64,000 nucleotides of DNA from positions 1,612,001 through 1,676,000 of the forward strand of contig NC_088856.1 in NCBI RefSeq assembly GCF_963853765.1, read 5' to 3'. This document shows, in pieces, positions 36,001 to 48,000 of this stretch (positions within the stretch are counted from its first letter, which is position 1; every line of letters begins with the position of its first letter). The notes below the pieces were generated by a model. The model made no database searches and was not told where the DNA came from. It saw only the letters and a program-made list of their open reading frames with translations. The DNA is from Magallana gigas (taxonomy: Eukaryota). The position numbers and the translations under genes are program-made.

Positions 36001-39000
36001 CTGGGTGAATTGTAATGAGACAGAGTTATTTGTATCTGGGCAAATTTAAGACAGGGGAAACCATGTACAACTGTAGAAGGATGATAATCACACAGGTCCA
36101 AAGAAACCCAGTATAAAGTATATCCCTTACCTCCAGTTCCATGTGGACCACACAGGCCAGCCCCTCCCGGGCGATGTCCTCTATGGACTGCATCTGTAGT
36201 CCGTACCAGTGACCGTGGTACTGGTGGGTCTGTATGAACTGTCCCTGTGTAACACAACCATGGTCTTCATCAGAGTGTAAACAGCAAACACATTCATAGT
36301 TACACACTATACAAGTGTAACACAACACAACCAGGGTCTTCATCAGAGTGTAAACAGCTAACACATTCATAGTTACACAGTATACAAGTAAATTCATAGT
36401 TTATTGGTATATTTTCTTTTAATATGGTGGCAAGGTGATGATCTTGGATACCGGGTAAGTACGAACATGAAATTTGATACCAGTAATAGCATACATTACA
36501 TCAGCAACATAACAAAAGTTTCCATGATGCAAAAATGTACAATAGTTTAAAATTCAATTTGACAGTTTGCAAAGTTTTCTAAAATTTAAAAAAATGCTTG
36601 TCTTGTAAAAATCAGGACAAAAAGACAGACACCGAATGTATAGTCTATCTTACTCTGTGTACGTACCCATCTGATGTCAAACTCAAATTTCTCCAGATCT
36701 ACAAAGTGGTAGTCCCTGCCCGGGGTCTCTTCTTTGTGGGGTTTCCTCGTGGTGTGTGTTACACTGTACAACAGCACAGACAAAATACTCAAAATAACAG
36801 CTCATTGTACAACAACACAGGCAATACATGAAACACTTAATTTACTTCATTGAAGTTGTCTCTACATTTCTTGATTTATATGTTTAATTACCAAAATGTA
36901 ACTACACAACATCAAAATTTAAAAGGCTTGGCAAGTTACCGTATTTAAATAATGATTCAACAAGTTATAAATTCATTTTTATTGCAAACAAACTAGATGA
37001 TCAACTTGGCCAGGGGGAAAATTTTTCTGAAATAGGTTGTTTATTTTAGCCCAGAAAAGCATGCATGATGTTAAAATTAAATTCGACAGTTGTCTCTTAA
37101 ACATCAAGCAATAATTTACTAACCAATAGCCAAAGTAATCCGAGAATTCCTCCACTAATTTTAAAGCCAGGTCCTTTTTCCCTGACCCCTGGGGACCAAC
37201 CAACACTAGCATCGGGTAGGGAGTCTCCATACTGGGCAGTGTGCTGAAAAAAAACATTGTACACTGAATCTGATTTGAAAGTATCAAATATATTTTAGAC
37301 AGGGTTGTTTTTGCCTAGTGTGTTTTTCGCCCTTGTACACTTGCAAACATTTTTGCTCCCTTTTGAAATTGCCCAGATACAGCTGTGTTAAAAGAGAAGA
37401 GATTTAATTGAAACATTTGAATTCGCCCAGTCTTAAATTCGCCTGCTGACAACGAGGGTGAAATGGGCAAAAATAAAATGGGGGCGAATATTTCCCTGTA
37501 TGCAGTATTTGTATAGATGTGATAATCTTTCCTTTTCTCAGAATGATCTACAGTATGCTGTTCTGAGCCAATGTACGCATTACCATATTATGTCAGGTAG
37601 TAATGTACAAATAATTTGGTCATAGATGAACTGTTGATGATTTACAAAGGGGCCATATTGTACTACATTACTATATTTACTTACTTATCCAATATTCGAC
37701 TGGGCTGAAGAAAGGAGTAAACTACATGCATGATGTGATCTCGGGCCGCAACGATTTCTGCCGGAGGGTTAAACATATTTACTGCTGCCACCTGGAAATG
37801 AAAACAAACAGATCTCTAGAGCTTTATTTAACGGAAACCTGTGATAACTGTGATCCATGCAGATAAAACTCCCTTCAGCTGCTACAGCATGGAGTTTCTC
37901 CCTTTTGAACTCTTACTTTGGCTTTTTTACTTGCAGATAAAAAATACAAATTTCTATATGAAAATCAGTGCGAATTAGCCCCACTTCTAAGAAATAGTCA
38001 TGAAGTATACCAACATAGAAAATCCTTAATTGTTAATCTGGCCTATTATGAACTATTTTCTTCAAAATTACAATGAAATACAGTTGACCTTTAACTGACC
38101 TTCTCTTCGACCTCCACTCTGTGTCTGTCCAGCTCCGTGAGACTGGGCATGCGGAACAGAATGGACAAGCGGTAGTCGGGAAGCTCCTGTATAGGGTTCC
38201 GTAACAGATTCACCTGACGCAGCATCTGCGACTCCTTGATGTATTTCATCTCAGAAATGTCAATCACCTGAAAGGACAATGGAAGTCTTAATCAGATGTC
38301 TTCTTCGAAATGATATACGTGTATTACAGAATCATTTAGATTCCTTGGGGCAAATTTTGTGGCTCATCAAAGGTTCATGAAGAAATAATTTGTACTTTTA
38401 CTTGTTTGATGAATAAATCTAAACCGTGTTTCATAATTTATTGTGAATGTTAAGGGGACCCAAAATTTAATAAACTTGATCCACCATGAGTTCTCATGAT
38501 TTCACAGTATGTTAAATTTTGGGGTTTCAACAACTGTAGAATCCGTTAAAAGAATCTACTTGTAATTGTGATTGTCATAAAGCTCCATTGACCTATCTAA
38601 ACAATCTACCTGTAATTAAGATTGATATAAAGCTCCATTGACCTACCTCATTGTCTTCCAGGTCCACATTCTCCAGCAGAGGATGATCCTCCAGGCCGGC
38701 CAAGCTCCGAATGTTATTACCTGCCAGGTTTATACTCTGAAATAAAAAGAACAACATATCTTAATAACTTTCAAAGAAATCTGTTGAATCTAAAAGCTGC
38801 TCTATAGGTATTAAGGCATGCAATGCTTATTCCTGACTAAAATGTTACTTACCCTCAACAAACGAAGTGTTTCCAAGTTTTCTATCTTTTTGATGTGATT
38901 GTGACACTGTGGGGAGAATTATAATGCAGTAAATATCACAAAATTTATTAACCAATAAACAAAGCTTTCATCCTGAATCATTTGATACACATAGTATAAT

Positions 39001-41356
39001 TGTATGATTTTTCTAATCTTTTGTATATACAATCCAACCAACCAAGTTGAGGCTCTGTAACGGCAGATTCTCCAGGCCGTGTATCCTCTCGACTTTGTTG
39101 TGTGCCAGACTGAGATCCTGAAGACGAGTGCATTTCTCCAGGCCAGTGATCTTGGAAATTTTATTGTCTAGAAGATGTGATTAAGGACAAATGTAATCTA
39201 ATTTACCTGTATTTTACAGCCAAGATTTCTTTTCCCTGATACATGTTTAACATAAACAAGGATTTGAAAATAACTTATCATATAACTCATAGTTATTTTA
39301 TAGAGTGTATTCAGTGTGTAAAGGATACGGTCCAGATTAAGGACAGTGAGATAATGATAGGCAGACAGATCCGCCATCTCCTCTATCTCATTGTAACCAA
39401 AGTTGGCCTCCTTTAGATTCTTGGGCGGCGTAAAATCCAGAAGCTTTGTTAGCTTGTTGTGAGACACATCCAGAATAAGCATGTATTGTAAGGAACTAAG
39501 GGGAGATAAATCTGAAGAAAAAAAACACATTTAAAAAACATATGACATTAAAACTTATATTTTTCCATGATTAAGTCTAGGTGTTTGATCTAATTCATCT
39601 CTAAAAAGATCATGAGCAGTCAGATAATTACCTGTCAGTTCATTGTATGGTAATTCAACTTTCTGCAGATGTACAAAGTTTGATAATGCTGTAATATCTT
39701 TTAGGCTGAAACCCTATAACAAATAATACAATAAATTAGTAAACAATAATTTTAGTAAAAAAATTCATATTGATGTAAAGAGGATCCATACAATGTCAAT
39801 TATTAATTCCTCCATGTATTTAGGTATTTTCAATAACAATGAATAATTGCAAAAAATAAATTAAAACACAGAAAAGAGATAAAAGAAATAAGTTTATGCA
39901 TGTACTAAAATGATTTTATCCTAATGACATTGATTTAAGTGTGCTACAATTTAGATATGATTATTCATGGATTTACAAGAAGAAGCAGTCTAAGATACTA
40001 AGATAATAAAAATTTGAAACAGTGAAACACATTTTATATTACATGATACTGAAACCAATTAACAATTTCTAGTTACCCACCGCAATTTGGACATGAAGGA
40101 AGACTTGTTGTGAACCATCTGCTGATCTTCCTAGATTTGATAAATTTCTTCCAATGGTTTCCTCATCCAGAATTCCGCCAGGAGAAAGCTGTAAGCAATG
40201 ATCAATTATTATAAGTTCTCAAGTTTTATATATATATTTTTTTTGTAAACTTATAACAATTTCTGATTCAGACTTCAGGATGTGTGAGGTCACAAGAGTA
40301 TACACTTTTTGTCTGATGTCAAACCACAACATGTGTGATGGGTCAGAGACCTTTTACAAGTACCAATGTAGAAGAAGAAGGTCTCTTACAAAAAAATGAT
40401 AAAAAAAACATCACTGACAGGGAAGGTCTGTTGTAGGTTTGTATCTTTACTCTGTTCGAAGATTATATGCTTTCACCACTTTCTGCCTAATATTTCGATA
40501 AGTAAAGTTTGCAAAGTTAGACCTACACATTGGGCACATAGCATCATAGAGGGTTCAGCCCCCCCCCCCCCCCCCCCCCACTTTTTCTCGCAGGAAAGAT
40601 AATTGTTCCGAAAATTACCTTGATAAGATGGAAAAAAGTTTGGTAGGTAAGAATTTTTTTTTTGGAAATATATGTATAACACCCCCCTCCCCCCCCAACA
40701 GATTAGGATTTTCATGATTTGGGGAAATAGGTTGGGTTTTTTTTGCTTGTCAAGATTTCTGAGGGTTATTTTAGCCCCCCCCCCCCCCATTTTCGATTTG
40801 CTTCCGACGCCACTGAGGTTTCAAAGCACAGCCAAACATAAAATATATACATGCAGGGCTTTTGCATTGCAAACGACCTGGATGAATAAAAGGTATCCTA
40901 TTTACTCCCATTATTAGCCCCCATAAGAAATGCCTGTGTATGCTTTCCACTGATAGGTATGCGTGTGTATTTATTACCAAATCAACAAAAAGTTATACAA
41001 AGTTGTATGGAAATAGTAACCTGGCCTGGGACAAGACTAACGTTTTATGTTTTGCTTGCTCCAACAGTTTCAGCGTGATATATTTTCAGAAACATATTAA
41101 AACTATGAGTATCACTGACTGTCCAAGACAGTAAAGGTCTTACCTCAATATCTTCATCTTCTTCATCTTCAGACTCGACAATTTCATTTTCGGCACCGTC
41201 CGTCATTTCCGTAGGGACTCGAACATTATCTAAAGATAAAACATTTGTGTCGAAGTTGAGAACATGTGTTTCTCCGCCAGTGTGAACAAGATTTCCCTCT
41301 ACTACAGGAGAAAATTCATTTTCTCGCATAGCTTGTTGCCCATCCATAGCGGCCAT
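33083..41356 (-). CDS. LRGUK: Leucine-rich repeat and guanylate kinase domain-containing protein
   Basis: GT-AG exons with consistent phases: 41356-41144, 40188-40081, 39713-39632, 39511-39329, 39167-39043, 38906-38853, 38736-38647, 38267-38100, 37791-37685, 37243-37124, 36763-36667, 36244-36131, 35726-35525, 35251-35007, 34639-34551, 33467-33083. LRRs (LDVSHNKLT, LSLAHNKVE), then the P-loop GPQGSGK, HTTRKP..E..GRDYHFV and YFEPRY, as in vertebrate LRGUK. A microexon could have been missed. Confidence 0.93.
33500..33725. repeat. 31-bp minisatellite, 7 copies, in the last LRGUK intron
   Basis: Unit atgtg(a/g)tatcttaaa(t/g)cctatatgtaataaa. Confidence 0.95.
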
Positions 41357-41647
41357 GATGTTTTCCTAGGATACAAACAGGAACGCAGCGAATACAGACA
41401 AAACTTACATGTTTTCCGAACCCGATTGTTTATCGTAATGCGTACACTTTTGATTTATTTTGACGTAGTTTAACTTATTTCAAATAAATAAAATAAAATT
41501 ATCCGATAATTTGATTTCCTTGTTCCATCATGATTAATCAATGATAACTTGAATGTTTTCTTTTTTTCGGGTTCGGTATTCAAATGTTGGCCTTCTAGAA
41601 TCATGTGATTTGAACGTACAGACGACAAGAAGGCCATGTAATTTAAT
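41357..41647. promoter_or_regulatory. Bidirectional promoter region between LRGUK and the Slob-like gene
   Basis: Divergent start codons about 290 bp apart. An X-box (RFX)-like GTATCCTAGGAAAAC lies on the minus strand at 41360-41374. Confidence 0.6.
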
Positions 41648-44600
41648 ATGTCAGATTTCTTTCAGTATTTGGAGGACCATATTTATGTAAGAAATATTCC
41701 GTTTATAGATATTTATAACATACGTTGAGTATGAAGTGTAACGTAGCTTTGTAACTTGAAAATCAACAGTAATGTACACAGTCCATACAATGTACATGTA
41801 TGTATGTAAATTTTTTTTTTTATAACAGTGTAATGCACATTCTCACAACTTCAGGGGCCCTGAGTCCGTGACATGGCCGTGACTGACCACGAGTGGACTC
41901 AGGACCGCTAACGTTTAGAGGATGCAGTTTATAAAGGGATGAATTTACATTACGCATGAAATTTCCCAGATCATTCATTTGATGAAATTTTGATCTATAA
42001 CACACATAAAATTTCTTTTCATATGATAACTCCAGATCCCAATTCTAGTCGGCTTGTTTGTGTTGTGTCTGATCGTCCTCCTGATCTGGTGGTTATGTAG
42101 GAGAAACAGGTAATTGTAGATATTACTCAGTGTCACAGTGTAACATTACATGTAGAAAACACAGAAAAGCTATAGTCTGTCCCAAGTTATTGCTTCCATC
42201 AATTTTTGACGATTTTTAATAAAAATACACATACCTGTGAAAGAAATACAATTGAAATCGATGAAAGGGAATATATCCAAGGTATCTTCATTGAACAATT
42301 ATCCCTTTTCAATCATAGAATTTCACAGGAACGAAAACAATTTTCTAACGGAGATTTATAATGGGAAATGTTTACATCTTTTCTCCATTCGGAATACACT
42401 CGGAATACATCGCACAATTTTTTAACATTATCATCCGGGCTTATTAATGGCTGATGCAATGCAAAATCTCCGTAGACTTTCAATTTTTGGATGTGTATTG
42501 AAACCTGAAGCGGTAGAGGGGGCGTTTCAAAACAGATAATCTGGACATTTTTCATATTAGTGGATGAACGTAGTTTGAGCACAAAGGTATTTACTATTAT
42601 TGAAATATCAAGCAAAAAGTGGTGGAAGCATAAACTCGGGACAGAGTATAGCATATCTACATTACTGTTGTGTTTTTCTGTTCGGCAGAGAGCGGTACCT
42701 TTACCAACCACTGAACACTCAGGATGTGGCTCTATATGACCGAATGTACAGCAACCAGAAACAGGCTGCAGAGAAAGAACAGGGTGAGTCAAAAAGTGTT
42801 ATAGCCTGGTAACAGGGAAAATACCGGTACAGGGTGAGTCAGAAATTGTGATAGGGAAAGTATACTATAAGGTGAGTTACAATCATGGTTAAAAATAACA
42901 GAAAAATACAGGGTGATAAATAACAATGAAAGTATTAAAGGGTTTGTAAGAAATTGTGTCGACAGAGAAAGTAAAGGGTGAGTTAATAGAATGTTTATTA
43001 GAGAAATACAGGTTGGGGTAAAAAATCAGGACAACAGGTAAAGTATCCTATATGAGTTACTGACTGGCAATAAAAGAACAAAGTGAATCAAAAGGCAGGA
43101 CAGGTAACATGAAATATGAAGTGAAAATAAAAATTGTGAGGTAACAAAAAGTACAGGGTACATTAGAAGTTCATGTTCTATTAATGGTATCTACTTCTGC
43201 AGGATTGTAAGGTGACACTACGCTGTACATGTACATGTATTTACTGATATTTGAAGTGCTTACTGCTATGTCACCAATGTGTATCATTGTATGCCTTGAT
43301 TGTAGATAGTACAAAACATGGAATATCAAACACTGTCCTTTTTGTTTGACGTTGATTTTAATCTTCTCTGTAGAAGCGACCTGGATGAATGCCCAGTACT
43401 ACCTGAGGTCTCACCCCCAGTTCAACAGACTGAAGCAGCTCCCTCAGCTAGGTAACTGGCTCTTTACAGGTTTACATCTAGGTTTTGATCACATTGACAT
43501 AGTATTGGATTATTGATAGTATGATCAATATTGCTAGAACATTGTGCAACTCTATCCCTTGAATCAATCTCTCTTCCTTGGATAATTGATCGTATTATAA
43601 TCAGTTTTTCTGACCTTGACAGGAAGTAGGTCAGAGAAGCAGTGGTTCAAGGTCAGTGATCAGAACAGATCGGAGCACCTGCTGACTACACTCCCCCGCC
43701 CTGATAAGTGTCTGCTGGATCTGGACACTAGAACCAGGAAGATGCTAAACAGTCTGTTCCAACTCCTGAAGGTAGGTGTATAGCACCAGTCTCTGTCTCT
43801 TACAGACAAATGTATTCAGCATTGAAAATACTGCAACATATATGCTGTAGATTCTAATTAAATGTGAGGCTTTGATATCCACATAATATCCTGAAAAGCA
43901 CTATTATGTAATGGATTTAGAGATCTTGCTTTTATTTTTCTGACAGGTAAATGAAATTCAATAAAAGTTTAGGATTTGCGATTTCATATTGCTACAATTT
44001 GATCCAAAACATTGGAATCACAGAATTAAGTTCTTGTGTACCGTCTGTTATTGATCCCATTACTTTCTGTTGTAGCATCCGTACATGTTCGCCATGACTG
44101 AGTTTGACTATGTGCTAGATCAGAATTTTGTGGTCATCATTCAGCCCCTCTGTCCAAAGGGGTCGCTCAAAGACGTTATATATCAGGTGACTCTCTTATC
44201 TATACACAGTACCGTATTTTCCCGACGATTAGTCGGTATTTTTTTTCTCTGAAGCAGATCACCCAACTTATTTGTCCACAGCGATTAATTTTCGTGATTT
44301 AAATGTTGATTATCTGAAAAAAATATAATACTAATGACATTTGAGGAATATTCGCGACGACAAGGGTTTCGCGAACCTCATGAAAATTTCTTGCACGCGA
44401 ATGAAAGTAGCTGCTGTCATGTACAGTGTGTTGATCAATGTTTGTGAGCCTGCCTACTTTGTCACATGGCAATAAGACACACTGTAATAATGTTCCTGTG
44501 ATGTTTTCAGACAAACTATGGTACACCATGGGTCGAAAAATATAGAGTCAAAGGGAGAGGTCTAAGATTGGAGCAAGTGGCTCGGTACGGAAAACAAATT

Positions 44601-44998
44601 CTACAGGTAACTACTTCTCTCCCTTTCTATTTCCTCTGTCATTGTACATGTATATAATTTGTAAAATTCAATGTGAAAGTGAAAGTCCAAACATTATTCT
44701 TTACAGTACATAAAGCATTAGCTTTGCAACAAGTGACATTGTAACTTTTACGATTAATGTTGTTACCTTAAGAATAAATGACTATTTGCCATTGTTACTT
44801 ATACAATTCAGAATATGTTACATTGAATTAATTGTTACCATTACACTGTTTGATACGTCTACTTAATTAACAAAAACATTGCAGGATATGTTAATGTTAT
44901 AATCCATGAAACATTTTAGGATGTTTGACCTTAAATATGACTTACATTTATTATACCCCCGCTCCGAAGGAGAGGGGGTATACTGTTTTACCCTTGTG

Positions 44999-45034
<36 letters not shown>

Positions 45035-48000
45035 CGTAACAAAAATTTCTGTCGCATTTATCTCAGCAACTATTTATCGCAGATGCTTGAAATTTTAACA
45101 CAGTGTTTGTTAAGGCATGCCATATCGTGGGATATTTTTTTGTACCAATCGGACGCCAACTTCCTGTTAAATGACGACTTTGTTTATTTTTAGCAAAACT
45201 TTTCAAACAAATTTTTGTCAAAGAATTCTCAGCAACTGTTTATCGCAGATGCTTGAAATTTTTACACAGTATTTGTATAGGCATGCCATATCGTGGGATA
45301 TATTTTTGTACCAATCTGACGTCAACTTCCTGTTTAATGAGTACTTTGTTTATTTTTAGCCAAAATTTTCAAACAAATTTCCGTCAAAGATTTCTCAGCA
45401 ACTATTTATCGCAGATGCTTGAAATTTTAACACACTATTTATATAGTCATGCCATATTGTGGGATATATTTTTGTATCAATCGGACGTCAACTTCCTGTT
45501 AAATGATAACTTTGCTTATTTTTGAACCAAAATTTTCAAACAAATTTTTGTCAAAGATTTCTCAGCAAATATCTATTGCAGATGCTTGAAATTTTTACAC
45601 AATATTTGTATATGCATGCCATATCGTGGGATATATTTTTGTACCAATCGGGCGTTATCTTCCTGTTCAATGACGACTTTGCTTATTTTTTAACCAAAAT
45701 TTTCAAACAAATTTTCGTCAAAGATTTCTCAGCAACTGTTTATCGCAGATGCTTGAAATTTTAACACACTATTTGTTTAGGCATGCCATATTGTGGGATA
45801 TATTTCTGTACCAATCGGATGCCAGCTTTCTGTTAAATGTCGACTTTGCTTATTTTGCATATTCACATCAGAGCGGGGGTATCACTAGTGAGCATTGGCT
45901 CACAGATATCTTGTTACTTTTTTATTCCTCATCATATTACCATTGTCAATTTGCAATTCATCATTGCAAATTTTCCTCAAAATGTTACCTTTACAAATTA
46001 TGAGTTAGTATAAAAGCATGACATCACAAGTTATCTTTACAATCTGTGATAAATGTCTTATTACCATTGCCATATATTGTATGATATATTACCTGTACTA
46101 TGCATAATAAATTTTAATAATTACTTTTACAGTTTTCGATGTTACTTTCATATAGAAACTTCATGTTACATGTATAATATATTGCAGGGTCTCCTGTTTA
46201 TGGAACAGAAAGAGTTTCCTCCCCATGGACACCTGCACACAGGGAATATCATGGTTAACAATGGAGTGTGCCAGTAAGACAATTCACTCATAGATAACTT
46301 ATCATCTTTTCTTGTTGTATTCCTCTCTTTGGAAAGATACTGGTATCTATTATTATGTTTTTCTGAATTTGTTTTTCTTTCTTTAGAATCGCAGGTTATG
46401 AGAATACATTTATTGGTTTGAAATCCAAGCTCTTGGCGATGGCCAGGAGAAAGTTAAAGGATCAACCGGAGGCTATTGACGTCCTCTCGTTTGGTAAGGT
46501 GCCAGAATGAATTACAGTAAAACATGGTTATAGCAAACATACTTACAATGAATAAACGCTACAATGAAGTGACACGTTGTAAACTTGACAGATATATTGA
46601 ATTACACTTAAAACAAAGCAAATTGGCCGGTCCCTGGCACTCGTTATAAATGTGTTTTACAGTAATGGCTTTTGAGATGTGATACCTATAATTTTTTTAT
46701 AAGAATTTCAAAATACCAGTAGATATACTTGTAATTAATTATGATGATATCTAGGTTACATATTTTACAAGGCCTGTTACCTTTGATTTACCTGTGACAT
46801 TTTCTAGGTTACATATTGAATAAGATGCGGTACCTTATATATTGGTCAGAAATTGTATAAGATTTGGTATCTGTAATTGCCTTTGATGTTTTCTAAGTCA
46901 TGTATAGTGTGGTGTGTGTACTTATATACTTGTTCCTTTGATTTACCTATAACACTTCGTAGGTTACATTTTGTAGAGATGTGGTACCTGTAATTTAGCT
47001 ATGGCAATTTCTAATGCATATTATAGTATAGTATAAGGTGTGTACCTATATATACCGGTACCTGTACCTGCATCTAAGATTTACTTTTGATATTTCTAGG
47101 TCACATTTTGTACGAGATGTGTGTCGGGACAGAACTTGACTCCCCCCACCCTCAGCCTCATCACCTTAACATCATCAACAACCCAGCTGTGGTGTCAGTG
47201 AGTCACCTTATTTAATCATTTTTGTTATCAGGTTTGTTTGTAGCATAACTTTAAAGTCCCATCCGCTGGTAAAGGAGCCATTATATTGGTCAACCAAATA
47301 TTGTCATATGCAAAAAGAATTGAACAACCATATTAAAGAAATTTTGACTTTGACTCTACAGTGTAAAAATTTAAAAAAAATTGTCCATATTCAAGCAATA
47401 GGTGCATGTTCTCACCTTGATGTTCAGTTGGTTTGTTTTTTTTATATAATTTATTGTTTTTGATCCATTACATATCAACATTAAATTACATTTGTAAATC
47501 AAGTCATCATAAACTACACACACAAGTATACTTCTCTCTCACACAAATACATGTACAATAGTGGTAAGTGGTCACTTTGCTTTAAAAAGATAAATGAATC
47601 AGAAAAATATTTAAAAAATACAAGAAATAACATAAATGAGACAAATTTAATATTTTTTCCATGAAAACCGTAATTGTTTGAAATTGTTCAGCCTTTAATA
47701 TTTTTTTTAAGATAGCAGCATATTTTTTTCTGTATCATGATTTTTTTTTTATTGGCTGAATAATCCAAAAAATTTGGGTGATGTTCAGTTAGTCCTCAAT
47801 GACTATCTGCATCAATTTATAATAAGATGTGCATTTAGTAAATGTAGAATTGTGTATCAATAATGACTTAAGCTAAATAAGCTTTTCACTTTGATATGTT
47901 AGCTATTGTGTATCAATTATGACCCATCATGGATTAGCTTATCACTTTGATCTGTTAGCTATTGTGTATCAATTATGACCCATCATGGTTGATCACTTTG

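Noticed and set aside
40081-40188. Apparent 1-nt frame discrepancy while reading LRGUK exon 2
   Set aside because: The coordinates give a 108-nt exon compatible with phase 0 on both sides. I could not be sure of my base count, so no frameshift is claimed.
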